Shown here: positions 26,840 to 37,081 of the stretch, piece by piece
Position numbering within the stretch: the stretch's first letter is position 1
How the letters are laid out: each line of letters begins with the position of its first letter
NCBI GenBank assembly: GCA_037045515.1
Contig: JBAOIC010000023.1
Coordinates: 7,093 to 71,092, forward strand
Source: Chitinophagaceae bacterium
GTDB lineage: Bacteria > Bacteroidota > Bacteroidia > Chitinophagales > Chitinophagaceae
Length of the DNA: 64,000 bases
Reading direction: 5' to 3'
Translations under genes and position numbers: made by a program
Notes under the pieces: generated by a model
What the model saw: only the letters and a program-made list of their open reading frames with translations
Database searches by the model: none
What the model was told of the DNA's origin: nothing

Positions 26840-27952
26840 ATGAAAAATTTTATTCATCGTTTTTTAAGAACAGAAAACAATCAACCCATCATTCAAGAAA
26901 TTGATGGGCTTCGTTGTATTGCAATTATTGCAGTACTATTTAGCCATTTTAGTTTACAAATGGTTCGGCTTTCTGGTTTAGATGAAAACTTTACGTACAG
27001 TAATCCCATTCCTTTGTTTCTTGAACTCTGTGGCAATGGTGTAAGTATTTTCTTTTGTATTAGTGCATTTATTTTATCCATTCCATTTATAAAATATTAC
27101 TTGTATGGCGAAAAGAAAGTTGATTTAAAAAAATATTATTGGCGAAGATTAAAAAGATTAGAAGTACCTTATTTATTGGTGTTAACCATTTTATTGGTGT
27201 TTAGAATTTTTATTCAGGGTGAATTTTGGAAAGCTGAAATGCCCCATTTTATTAGCAGTGTTTTGTATAGTCACAATATTGTTTATGCAAGAAGAAGTAC
27301 CATCAACCCAGTTGCTTGGACTTTAGAAATTGAAATACAATTTTATGTTTTACTTCCATTTATTATAAAAATTTTTAGCATACAAAAAACTATTTTAAGA
27401 TGGGTATTTTTAATTACTGGAATTGTATTAAGTGGAATTATTTATTCAACCAATGATACATTCTTCATCAATGCTCATTTAGAGTACTCTATATTTCCTT
27501 ACTTATCTATTTTTTTATTGGGCATTTTATTGGCTGATGTTTACCTAAGTAATCGAACTTTTTTACAGCAAAGAAATTATTATTGTGACCTTGCAGGAAT
27601 AGCTGGGTTTTTATTGATTGTGTACAATGCTGGAAGTATTTATTTTCATCAACAAATGCTAGAATATTTGGGTTATATACTTTTATTCTTAGGCATATTT
27701 AAAGGCCGTTTACTCAATAAAATATTTACACTTAATTGGATTATGGCCATTGGTATAATGTGCTATTCAATTTATTTACTGCACTATGCTTTATTGTATT
27801 TTATTACAGAAAAATTTACTGCATCTTTTATACAAAATAGTTATTACAAAAACTTACTAATACAAGGTGCAATTGTATTGCCTATTGTAATTGCTTGTTG
27901 CAGTATTTTTTATTTGGTGGTTGAGAAGCCATTGAATAGAAAGAAAGTGTAA
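26840..27952 (+). CDS. acyltransferase family 3 membrane protein
   Basis: IQEIDGLRCIAIIAVLFSHF start motif and about 10 TM segments. Confidence 0.8.
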   Translation: MKNFIHRFLRTENNQPIIQEIDGLRCIAIIAVLFSHFSLQMVRLSGLDENFTYSNPIPLFLELCGNGVSIFFCISAFILSIPFIKYYLYGEKKVDLKKYYWRRLKRLEVPYLLVLTILLVFRIFIQGEFWKAEMPHFISSVLYSHNIVYARRSTINPVAWTLEIEIQFYVLLPFIIKIFSIQKTILRWVFLITGIVLSGIIYSTNDTFFINAHLEYSIFPYLSIFLLGILLADVYLSNRTFLQQRNYYCDLAGIAGFLLIVYNAGSIYFHQQMLEYLGYILLFLGIFKGRLLNKIFTLNWIMAIGIMCYSIYLLHYALLYFITEKFTASFIQNSYYKNLLIQGAIVLPIVIACCSIFYLVVEKPLNRKKV

Positions 27953-27966
27953 CTTTTAAATTCCTC

Positions 27967-29307
27967 TTACCTCACAACTCTTTTTTTATGATACACTATA
28001 AAATATATACCCATAAAAATAGCCATTAATACAACCCCTGTTAATGCAGCTTTGGGTTTATCTATAACTACAGCAACTGCAACAACAGCATAAGCTATAA
28101 CGAAGAGTACACACAATATTGGTGTAATATTTTTTGCAAAACCTTTGCCAACATTGGCTTCACCAGTTTTTTGTTTGCGTAAAATTAAAAGCGTTGCTGC
28201 CGATAAACTCATACCAAAACAATCTAAAAAAATACTGAAGCTTAATACATCGTCTACCTCTTTTCCAAAAAAAGTAATTACAATAGCTATTGCAGCAAAC
28301 AAGGTTAACCCTGGTACCAACACTTGTGTTTTTTTATTCTTTTTAGAAAAAATAGCAGGGAAAACTTTGTCTTCACTCATGGCATACATCACTCTAGGAT
28401 TGCTCATTAGTAAAACATTCACATAAGCCATTACACTTAAAAACATACAGAAATCAAATACTTTACCGCCCGTGCTGCCAAACCAAACTTCACATAACAA
28501 TGCACCAATAGCAGTAGCATTTTTCATATTATCGAAACCAATTACTTGCACATAAGCATAAGAAATACTTAAGTACAAAATAATTACTACAACCATCCCA
28601 ATAATAATTCCTCTTTGCATAATTCTGGTATTCTTTATTTCACCTCCAAAATTGATGGTTTGTTGATAGCCTCCATAAGTAAAAGAAACAGCTACAAGGC
28701 TCAAGCATCAATAATAACAAGCCCATTGCTGCCATTGTAAGTATAAGTTGTAGCTTTTGGAGTGTAACCATGTGGTGGAATATGTCACATGTTTTAAAAA
28801 TGAAGAAATTAATAAAACAACCAACGAAATTTTAATAATTGTTAACACATTTTGTGTACGGCTACTGGTTTTTAGTCCCAATAAATTGACTAAATAAAAT
28901 AAACAAATTGGTACAATAGCTACCAAAATATTAAATGTAGCACTACCCTCTTTTCCAAACCATAAATCTGCAGCATAATCTGCACCAATTAATGCAACAA
29001 CAGCTAATGAAGCTGCATTGCTAATTAAGATTAATGCATTAATGGTAAACCCAATTGATGGATGATAAGCATGAGCAAATACTTTATAATAACCTCCAAC
29101 TACGGGCAATCTCAATCCAATTTCTGCATAAGTTAATGCACCACACAAAGCAATAAAACCGCCAATTGCCCAAGCTGCATAAAATATAGTTGATGTGCCA
29201 GATTTGGCAGCAATTACTGCAGGCGTTTTAAAAATACCCATGCCAATTACTAGACTAATTACGATCATAGTTAATGAAAAAAAACCCAATTGCTGTTTTG
29301 ATTGCAT
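27967..29307 (-). pseudogene. APC-family amino acid permease, interrupted
   Basis: The two ORF-track halves (28708..29307 and 27967..28704) are in the same frame, separated by a TGA at 28708-28710. About 80 nt before the stop read better in another frame (FKTCDIFHHMVTLQKLQLILTMAAMGL). This implies compensating indels near 28795 and 28712. Confidence 0.75.
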
Positions 29308-29499
29308 AAAGTATAATTATGAAATGAAAATAAGCAATAGAAATTAAGCTGTGAAGAAACCCGTGAAAAACTTATTTTGGTTTAGCAAAATTGTAATTGC
29401 ACATTTGCAATGGATTTGGTTTCTACGTGTTGAAAAAAGTACAAAGCGTAAAAGTGTGCGACGCAACAACAGTTGAATAGCAATACAAAAGTTAGTACC

Positions 29500-29710
29500 C
29501 AAAAAACTTCACAAGAATTAAAAGGGAATCCTGTTAAAATCAGGAGCTATCCCCGTAGCTGTAAGTTGAATTCGTGAAATTTAAGTAGTTAATTGTGAAA
29601 TAAAAATCACAAAATACCACTTACTACTCACGGCTAATAAAAGTAAAACCACTGTTATAAAACGGGAAGGATTTATTAGCCAACAAGCCAGAAGACCTGC
29701 CAAGTGCCAA
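29500..29710 (+). promoter_or_regulatory. cobalamin (AdoCbl) riboswitch
   Basis: Core AAAAGGGAATCCTGTTAAAATCAGGAGCTATCCCCGTAGCTGTAAG (29520-29566), CCACTGTTATAAAACGGGAAGG, and B12 box AGCCAGAAGACCTGCC (29686-29701). It lies in the 5' leader of a TonB-dependent receptor. Exact ends are uncertain. Confidence 0.85.
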
Positions 29711-29847
29711 CGCTGCTAACGCAGAATTATTCACGGCTTTCGGGTGAAAAGCATGGAATTTAATAGGCTTATTATAAAGCCAATTTTATTTCTCCGTTTT
29801 TTTTGATTTCCTGAGAGCTCATTGTAAACCATTTAAATTTTACAACA

Positions 29848-31803
29848 ATGAGCAAAAAAATTTTAACGCTTATTGCACTTAGTGCAGCAATTAATGCTGT
29901 TGCACAAAAAGACACCCTTAGTGGCAAACCTTTAGATGAGGTTACTGTAACTACTGCCAACAAAGTAGAACAAAAACAAAGTACCACCGGAAAAGTAATT
30001 ACGGTAATTACCAAAGAACAAATTGAAAAAAGTAGTGGCAAAACTGTTGCTCAAATTTTAAACGAACAAGCAGGCATTACTATTAATGGTGCTTACAATG
30101 CTGCTGGTAGTGTGCAAACTGTTTTCATGAGAGGTTCTAATGCTGGTAGAACATTAATTTTATTAGACGGCATACCTATGAACGATCCAAGCACTATTAC
30201 AACAGATTTTGATTTGAATATGTTTTCAATTAATGAAGTAGAGCGTATAGAAGTTTGTCGTGGTGCTCAAAGTACTTTATATGGTAGTGATGCTGTTGCA
30301 GGCGTAATAAATATTATTACAGTTAAAAAAGACATCAACAAAAAACTAAATGCTAAAGCAACCATTAGTGGCGGTAGTTTAGGTACCTTAAAAACCAATC
30401 TACAGGTATATGGTAAAGTAAATAAACTTACTTACACAACTCGATTTTCTAAACTAATTACCAACGGTTTTTCTAGTGCTTATGATAGTACTGGAATAAA
30501 AGATTATGACAATGATGGTTATAATGGAGAAGTGGTACAAGCTGCTGTTCAATATGAAATTAATAAACAAATGATGGCGAAAACATTTGTAATGAACAGC
30601 CAGTATAAAGCCGATATTGACGCAAGTGTATTTACCGATGAAAAAGACTACACTATTAACAACAAGCAATTTAGTTCTGGCGTTGGCTTTATGTATAAAT
30701 CAAGTTTAATGAATGTTACAGCCAATTATCAATATACTCAAATTGGCAGAAGTTATATAAATGACAGTGGCTTTGTAGCAGGGTTTAGCAAATTTGAAAA
30801 AAATGAATATAGCGGTAGAACTCAATTTGTTGAAGTTTTTGCAAGCTTAAATTTAGGTAATGGATTTACTTTATTGCAAGGGGGTGATTTTAGAATTGGT
30901 AATATGAGCAACGATTATTTATCTATCAGTTCTTTTGGACCTTATGCAACTAGTTTTAAAGATACTTCTATGAGCCAAACTTCATTGTTTAGTTCTTTAA
31001 TTTTTAATAGTAGCAATAAAAAATTAAATGTTGAATTGGGTGGAAGATTAAATACCCATTCTCGTTATGGCAGCAATTACACTTATACTTTTAATCCATC
31101 TTATACTATTAATACAGCGTACAGAATATTTAGTAGTATAGCTAGTGGTTTTAAAGCTCCTTCATTGTACCAATTATATGCAGGAGGTGGTATTGGGAAT
31201 GCAGCTTTATTGGCCGAAAAGTCAGTGAATTATGAAATTGGTTTACAACATCAGCATAAAAAAATAAACAACCGCTTGGTATTTTTTTACAGAGACATTA
31301 AAGATGGAATCGATTACAGAAATCCAAATCCTGGAATTACCTCTGGATATTTTAATTTTATTCAACAAGTTGTTAAAGGCATAGAATATGAAGTGAGTAT
31401 TCAACCAACAACTAAACTTTCAGTAACTGGTAATTATACATTTTTAGCAAGCGAAGAAAATACACAAAGCCGTATTAACTTTAAGGATAGTACCTATAAA
31501 TATTTATTACGAAGACCAAAACATACTCTTAACGTAAATATTTCATATCAGTTTACACCAGCTTTTTATGCAAGCATCACAGGCAAATATGTTAGTAAAC
31601 GCAATGATGTTGGAGGGTATAAAAAAGCTGATGTAGAATTAGATGGTTACTTTTTATTCAGTGCCTATGCTGAATATAAAATAAAAAAACAAGTTAAATT
31701 TTTTGCAGATGCACAAAATATAAGCAATACAAAATTTTTCGATTTGAGGGGGTTTAATGCCATTCCAACTATGGTAAATTTTGGTGTAACTTTTAATTTG
31801 TAA
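29848..31803 (+). CDS. btuB: TonB-dependent receptor, vitamin B12 transporter BtuB-like
   Basis: 651 aa. Signal peptide, plug domain (DEVTVTTANKVEQKQSTTGKVITVITKEQIE...), 22-strand barrel and terminal ...FGVTFNL. Riboswitch is upstream. Confidence 0.85.
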   Translation: MSKKILTLIALSAAINAVAQKDTLSGKPLDEVTVTTANKVEQKQSTTGKVITVITKEQIEKSSGKTVAQILNEQAGITINGAYNAAGSVQTVFMRGSNAGRTLILLDGIPMNDPSTITTDFDLNMFSINEVERIEVCRGAQSTLYGSDAVAGVINIITVKKDINKKLNAKATISGGSLGTLKTNLQVYGKVNKLTYTTRFSKLITNGFSSAYDSTGIKDYDNDGYNGEVVQAAVQYEINKQMMAKTFVMNSQYKADIDASVFTDEKDYTINNKQFSSGVGFMYKSSLMNVTANYQYTQIGRSYINDSGFVAGFSKFEKNEYSGRTQFVEVFASLNLGNGFTLLQGGDFRIGNMSNDYLSISSFGPYATSFKDTSMSQTSLFSSLIFNSSNKKLNVELGGRLNTHSRYGSNYTYTFNPSYTINTAYRIFSSIASGFKAPSLYQLYAGGGIGNAALLAEKSVNYEIGLQHQHKKINNRLVFFYRDIKDGIDYRNPNPGITSGYFNFIQQVVKGIEYEVSIQPTTKLSVTGNYTFLASEENTQSRINFKDSTYKYLLRRPKHTLNVNISYQFTPAFYASITGKYVSKRNDVGGYKKADVELDGYFLFSAYAEYKIKKQVKFFADAQNISNTKFFDLRGFNAIPTMVNFGVTFNL

Positions 31804-31836
31804 AATAATATTTAACTCAGCATTCAAAAGTATTCT

Positions 31837-32052
31837 ATGCCACAACACGAAAACAAAAAATGCCCTCGTTGTAACAATACTTTTGAGTGTAAAGTTGGCA
31901 ATGTTTTAGATTGTCAATGTGATCAAATATTGTTAAGCTACGATGAGAGAATTTATATAGAAAACGCTTATATAGATTGTTTATGTATTGATTGTTTGCA
32001 TTTACTTCGATATCAATATCAACAACAAAAAACAAAACAATCGCTTAGTTAA
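31837..32052 (+). CDS. cysteine-rich CWC-family small protein
   Basis: 71 aa. CPRCNNTFECKVGNVLDCQCD...CLCIDCL. Confidence 0.65.
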   Translation: MPQHENKKCPRCNNTFECKVGNVLDCQCDQILLSYDERIYIENAYIDCLCIDCLHLLRYQYQQQKTKQSLS

Positions 32053-32090
32053 ATACAATATCCTGCCAATTGGCAGGATATTGTATTTTT
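32051..32090 (+). terminator. rho-independent terminator
   Basis: AAATACAATATCCTGCC-AAT-TGGCAGGATATTGTATTT followed by a T run (17-bp stem). Confidence 0.85.
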
Positions 32091-32107
32091 GACAAAACCT
32101 CAACGCT

Positions 32108-32689
32108 ATGCAACTTAACATTGATGAATTATTAACAGTTACTTTCACCTTGTTTGCTGTAATAGATATTGTAGGTTCTGTACCCTTACTCATTTCATTA
32201 AAAGAAAAAATGGGTGGCACAATTCGATCTTCGCAAGCAACAATTGTATCGGGCATATTAATGATTTTATTTTTATTCTTGGGCAAACCATTTTTAAGTA
32301 TTTTAGGAATAGATGTAAAAAGTTTTGCTGTTGGTGGTTCTATTGTAATTTTTTTATTAGGGCTGGAAATGGTATTGGGTCATGAAATTTTTAAAGGCGA
32401 TAGTGATGCAAAAAGTGGTACAGTTGTGCCAATTGCTTTTCCTGTAATTGCAGGTAGTGGAACCTTAACAACTGTAATGAGTTTAAAGGCAAACTTTAAT
32501 GAGGTAGTCATTCTCATAGGTATTCTTATAAACCTCATAGTTATTTATTTCACTTTAAAGTCGCTAAAAATTATTGAAAAAGCTTTAGGCAAAGCTGGAT
32601 TATTGGCTGTACGTAAATTTTTTGGTGTAATACTTTTAGCCATAGCAGTAAAAATATTTAGTACCAATATTAGTTCGTTTGGTAAATAA
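32108..32689 (+). CDS. MarC-family (UPF0056) integral membrane protein
   Basis: 193 aa, 6 TM. FAVIDIVGSVPLLISL motif. Confidence 0.8.
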   Translation: MQLNIDELLTVTFTLFAVIDIVGSVPLLISLKEKMGGTIRSSQATIVSGILMILFLFLGKPFLSILGIDVKSFAVGGSIVIFLLGLEMVLGHEIFKGDSDAKSGTVVPIAFPVIAGSGTLTTVMSLKANFNEVVILIGILINLIVIYFTLKSLKIIEKALGKAGLLAVRKFFGVILLAIAVKIFSTNISSFGK

Positions 32690-32924
32690 AATGTTGTTTG
32701 GGGCAATCAGCTTTCGTCTTCTATTCAACTAAAGTATTGGGCTTTCCGTTTGTAGTTTGCTGCTTGGGCAGCAAAGCTACCACTCCAATCCCTTGCCTTT
32801 AAGCAATTGTACAATCTTCAACAATTTATACAAGTTAAAAAACTGTATGTAAAAGTGCATTTTATACAAAGCAATTAAAATACAATAACTTAGTAGCAAT
32901 TATTCATACCAATACTATACAATT

Positions 32925-33173
32925 ATGAACGATACTAAAAAAATTATTGGAGGTATTTTCTTAGGAGCCATAGCAGGAGCAGCGTTGGTACTTTTTTTGC
33001 AAAGCAACAAAGGAAAATTGTTTGTAGAAAAAACAAAAGAAACAGCCAACGATTTAGAAGAAAAACTGAACGGCAATTTAACAACTGCTCAAACCAACTT
33101 TGCTACACTCATTGCAAAAGGCAAAAGTTTTTTAGAAGAATTAGAACAAAAATTTCAACAAAATAATACTTAA
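32925..33173 (+). CDS. YtxH domain-containing protein
   Basis: 82 aa. N-terminal TM (IIGGIFLGAIAGAALVLF) and a coiled tail. Confidence 0.65.
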   Translation: MNDTKKIIGGIFLGAIAGAALVLFLQSNKGKLFVEKTKETANDLEEKLNGNLTTAQTNFATLIAKGKSFLEELEQKFQQNNT

Positions 33174-33177
33174 TAAA

Positions 33178-33555
33178 ATGAACAATTTCAACAACGATTC
33201 TGAAGATTATTTTGTATCACTAAAAGAAAAAGTAACTCAATATTGTAGCGATTGGCTTTTGCTAATGAAAATTCAATTGGCAGAAAAAATTGCATTGGTA
33301 ATAAGCACTTTGGTTACTGGATTTGTAATTGCCTGTGTTGGTTTTTTGGTATTGTTTTTTATCAGTTTAATGGCTGCATTTTATATTGGAGAACATTACC
33401 ATAGTTATTTTATTGGCTTTGGAGTAGTGGCTTTATTTTACTCATTCATATTTATAGTATTAATTATTTTCAGAAAACAATTCTTAAATAATTTAATCAT
33501 CAACAATTTGCTAAAACTTATTTTGCAAAACGATTCAAATAACACAAATAAATAA
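33178..33555 (+). CDS. small two-TM membrane protein (holin-X / phage-holin-3_6-like family, commonly paired with YtxH)
   Basis: 125 aa, two TM helices, context next to YtxH. Confidence 0.5.
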   Translation: MNNFNNDSEDYFVSLKEKVTQYCSDWLLLMKIQLAEKIALVISTLVTGFVIACVGFLVLFFISLMAAFYIGEHYHSYFIGFGVVALFYSFIFIVLIIFRKQFLNNLIINNLLKLILQNDSNNTNK

Positions 33556-33557
33556 CA

Positions 33558-33884
33558 ATGAATACACAAAATAATTTACCGGTTATTCAAAACTTAAAAG
33601 ATGTGTTAATTGCAAAAGCCATTTTAAAAGAAAGACTTCAGTTTCAAAAAAACGACATAGAAAAAGAGCTACAAGAATTGCCCAACCAAACTTTTACCTT
33701 TGCAATTGATCAACTAACCAATGCCAATACATACACATTTATTGGCAATAAACTCTTTAAGGGCTTTCAACAAATGATGTTGAGTAAAAGCTTATTATCT
33801 GGTTTAAATAGCAACTTATTTTCGGTACTAAAAACTTTGTTTGTACACACAAAAGAGTTCTTCTTTGAGTCCAAAAAAAAATAG
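33558..33884 (+). CDS. hypothetical protein
   Basis: 108-aa ORF, tightly spaced after the preceding gene. Confidence 0.5.
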   Translation: MNTQNNLPVIQNLKDVLIAKAILKERLQFQKNDIEKELQELPNQTFTFAIDQLTNANTYTFIGNKLFKGFQQMMLSKSLLSGLNSNLFSVLKTLFVHTKEFFFESKKK

Positions 33885-33937
33885 TTACTGCAACAATTTA
33901 AAATGTATCTCATTCTGTAGCATACAAAATAAACAAC

Positions 33938-34573
33938 ATGAACAACAAATACCTTTTTCTTCTTTCTCTGTTTATGGGTTTAAACACAATTTGCAGCAGC
34001 CAAGCAATTCCCACATTAAAAATTAGCAAACAAACTTGGATGCTAACTAACCTTGATGCAATTGTTTTTAACAATGGAGACACAATACAACAAGCCAAAA
34101 CATTTGTAGAGTGGAAAGATGCAGCCTTAACAGGCAAGCCTGCATGGTGTTATTATATGAATAGTGAAGATTCTGGGAAAATTTACGGCAAACTCTATAA
34201 TTGGTTTGCAGTAAACGATAAACGAGGGCTTGCTCCCAAAGGTTTTCATATACCCTCAGTTGATGAATGGACAATTTTAATTGAGGCTACTGGAGGAGAA
34301 AAGCAGGGTGGTGCAAAGCTAAAAAGTAAGCAATTTTGGATGGAAGATTGTGGTGGGAAAAACCAAACTGGTTTTACTGCTTTGCCAGCTGGTTTCAGAC
34401 TTTGTGATGGAAGCTATTATTCTATAGGATTAAATACCAATTTTTGGACAAGTACAAGTGGTGATAGAGATCTTGACTATGCCTATTCAGTTGATGTAGA
34501 TTGTGGGGCGAAAATCATTTTTTCGTACAATAAAAAATGTCTTGGATTAAGTGTAAGGTGTATTCAGAATTAA
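33938..34573 (+). CDS. FISUMP (Fibrobacter succinogenes major paralogous) domain protein
   Basis: 211 aa. KQTWMLTNLDA...GKLYNWFAVNDKRGLAPKGFHIPSVDEWTIL...GFTALPAGFR...NFWTST. Confidence 0.8.
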   Translation: MNNKYLFLLSLFMGLNTICSSQAIPTLKISKQTWMLTNLDAIVFNNGDTIQQAKTFVEWKDAALTGKPAWCYYMNSEDSGKIYGKLYNWFAVNDKRGLAPKGFHIPSVDEWTILIEATGGEKQGGAKLKSKQFWMEDCGGKNQTGFTALPAGFRLCDGSYYSIGLNTNFWTSTSGDRDLDYAYSVDVDCGAKIIFSYNKKCLGLSVRCIQN

Positions 34574-34895
34574 AGTTTACTTCTTTAATAACGCAAGCCC
34601 TTAACCCACACAGAAGCCAAAAGTTCTTTTTCAAACCTTAAAATAATTGTAGAACTATAATCTCTTAACCAAATAAGATTATGCTATAGGTTTTACTATC
34701 TTTCTTTTCATCTACTACAATTTTCTGTAATTGAAAAAACATATAAATACGAATTCGTGAATTACAAGAAAGTTCACCCCATCAAAAAAATTGTTAAATA
34801 AAAAAATAATTAAAAAAATACTCTCAATAAATGAACTTAAATATGAAATTACTGTTTAACTATTCATATTAAATAATTAAACAAAAAATTTCGTT

Positions 34896-35408
34896 ATGAA
34901 ACTATTTAAGAAAAGTATTTTTCTAATTGCAGCAAGTATTTTTAGCATGAATGTAATTGCACAAGACATTGTAGATGTTGCTGTAAGTTCTAAAGCACAC
35001 ACAACTCTAGTAGCTGCTGTAAAAGCTGCTGACTTAGTTACAACACTAAAAAGCAAAGGTCCATTTACTGTATTTGCACCAACAAACGATGCATTTGCAA
35101 AATTACCAGCAGGAACAGTTGAAGGACTATTAAAACCAGAAAACAAAAATGCATTAGCTGGTATTTTAACTTACCATGTTGTTGCAGGAAATTTAGATGC
35201 AAAATCAGTTTTAGCAGCAATTAAAAAAGGTGGTGGAAAAGTAACTTTAACAACAGTTGCTGGTGGAAAATTAACTGCTAGCATCATTGATGGCAAAGTT
35301 GTTTTAACAGATGAAAATGGTGGAAAATCAACTGTTACTGCTACAGATTTAAAAGGAAGCAATGGTATTATACATGTAATAGATGCTGTAGTTTTACCAA
35401 AGTCTTAA
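34896..35408 (+). CDS. fasciclin (FAS1) domain protein
   Basis: 170 aa. Signal peptide, TVFAPTNDAFAKLPAGTVEGLL...ILTYHVVAG...GIIHVIDAVVLP. Confidence 0.9.
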   Translation: MKLFKKSIFLIAASIFSMNVIAQDIVDVAVSSKAHTTLVAAVKAADLVTTLKSKGPFTVFAPTNDAFAKLPAGTVEGLLKPENKNALAGILTYHVVAGNLDAKSVLAAIKKGGGKVTLTTVAGGKLTASIIDGKVVLTDENGGKSTVTATDLKGSNGIIHVIDAVVLPKS

Positions 35409-35434
35409 GAGAATATTTTTAGAACTATAAAAAA

Positions 35435-35465
35435 AGCAATCTGATTTATCAGGTTGCTTTTTTTA
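35435..35465 (+). terminator. rho-independent terminator
   Basis: AGCAATCTG-ATTTAT-CAGGTTGCT followed by a T run. Confidence 0.75.
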
Positions 35466-35527
35466 CGTAAAATATTTTTTTGCACAAGCATAGTCTTTGC
35501 TTTATCTTGGTTGCAAACATTTACACC

Positions 35528-36594
35528 ATGGCAACCATTGCTTTAACTTACGATGACATTCAATTAGTACCAGCCTACTCAAATATTTCTTCAAGAAAAA
35601 ATATTGATTTAACCACACAAGTAACCAAACGTTATGGCTTAAGAATGCCATTGGTTGCAAGTTGTATGGATACAGTTTGTGAAAGTGAAATGGCTATTAC
35701 CATTGCAGAATTGGGAGGTGTTGGCTGCATACATAGATTTATGAGTATTGAACACCAAGCAAAAGAAGTAGCTATTGTTGCTACTGCTTTAAACAACAAT
35801 ACCACTAAAGATTTTTGGAATGTTACCCACCCAAATTGGAAGTTCACACGCTGCAATTCCAATAATGGCAGCAGTTGGTGCCAATGGCGATTTTGAAGAA
35901 CGTGCCATTGCATTGGTAAATGCTGGTGCAAATATTATTTTAATTGATGTTGCACATGGGCATCATGAAAACGTAAAACAAGCCATTGCTACTTTAAGAA
36001 AAGCTTTACCAACACATGTAGATTTGATTGCTGGTAATATTGCAAGTGCACAAGCAGCAAAAGATTTAGAAGCTTGGAATGCCGATGGGCTAAGGGTTGG
36101 CGTTGGAGGAGGTTCTTTATGTACAACGCGTTTAAAAACTGGTTTTGGTGTACCCAATGTTTCTTGCTTGCAAGAAATTATTGCAGTTACAACCTTACCA
36201 GTAATGGCAGATGGTGGCATACGTACCAGTGGCGATATTGCTAAAGCATTGGCATTGGGCAGTAGTTGTGTAATGTTGGGTAGTTTAATTGCTGGCACAA
36301 AAGAAGCTCCTGGCCAAATAATAGAAAAATCAACAGGTTTGTATAAACGATACAGAGGTGCTGCTAGTTTAGAAACAAAAATGGCACACAATCAAGAACA
36401 AAGAAATGTTGAAGGAGAAAGTACCGTAATTCCATTTAAAGGTGGAGCTAAATTTGTTATTGAAGGTTTACTTGACGGAGTTCGTAGTGCATTCTCTTAT
36501 GGTGGTGCAAATAACATAAAAGCAGTTTAAACCCAACTATGTGCAAGTTACAAACGCTGGCTTAGCAGAAGCTAAACCACATTTAATATTTTAG
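35528..36594 (+). pseudogene. GMP reductase / IMP dehydrogenase-family (no CBS) protein, two 1-nt insertions
   Basis: Reads MATIALTYDDIQLVPAYSNISSRKNIDL...GGVGCIHRF / ...IPIMAAVGANGDFEERAIALVNAGANIILIDVAHGHH...GVGGGSLCTTR...MADGGIRTSGDIAKAL / FKPNYVQVTNAGLAEAKPHLIF*. Frame shifts of +1 lie near 35830 and near 36520. Confidence 0.8.
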
Positions 36595-36610
36595 TTAAAC
36601 ACATGTATAC

Positions 36611-36646
36611 AAAAACTGCCAATGCATTAATACATTGGCAGTTTTA
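36611..36646. terminator. bidirectional terminator
   Basis: A5-CTGCCAATG-CATTAATA-CATTGGCAG-T4, between convergent genes. Confidence 0.7.
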
Positions 36647-36673
36647 TTTGGTTAAATTTTGTAAAGTAAGATT

Positions 36674-37069
36674 CTATTTCATTAGTCCTTTTTTCTTTGC
36701 TTCACCATCTACATAATTAAAAATGGCTTCAATATCGGCATCTTTCAATTTAGGAAAAGGTGTCATAACAACTTTATTCCATTTTTCAAACAATGCTTTG
36801 GCATAAGCATCTTTTTTTATTACTTCTGTAGAATTACGTGTATAAGCATACAACAACTTTTTATTTTTCCATCTACTTTTCACATCATAGATAGATGGTC
36901 CAATTGAATTTCTTGTAGGATGATGACAAGTAGCACAGTTCATCATAAACAACTGCTTTCCGTCAACCTCTTGTACTAATTCTTTTGAATTCAACGTGTT
37001 TGATGTTTTGTTAGTTGGTGCAACCACAAAAAGCAACACCATTAATAAAACTGAATTTATTTGAAACAT
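36674..37069 (-). CDS. c-type cytochrome (class I, mono-haem)
   Basis: 131 aa. Signal/TM and haem motif CATCHH. Confidence 0.8.
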   Translation of the reverse strand: MFQINSVLLMVLLFVVAPTNKTSNTLNSKELVQEVDGKQLFMMNCATCHHPTRNSIGPSIYDVKSRWKNKKLLYAYTRNSTEVIKKDAYAKALFEKWNKVVMTPFPKLKDADIEAIFNYVDGEAKKKGLMK

Positions 37070-37081
37070 TTTTATCTTATT

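Noticed and set aside
28708-28710. In-frame TGA in the amino-acid permease as selenocysteine or an alternative genetic code.
   Set aside because: - The preceding about 80 nt are out of frame relative to permease homology, so the stop is a consequence of indels.
- I saw no SECIS-like hairpin.
- The other genes I read to their ends terminate at conventional stop codons, TGA included (permease fragment 28708-28710; uncorrected SOD reading).
33178-33555. A holin-like gene as evidence of a prophage.
   Set aside because: - No phage structural, lysis or replication genes are nearby.
- The YtxH plus two-TM plus small-protein trio is a common chromosomal stress-type cluster in Bacteroidota.
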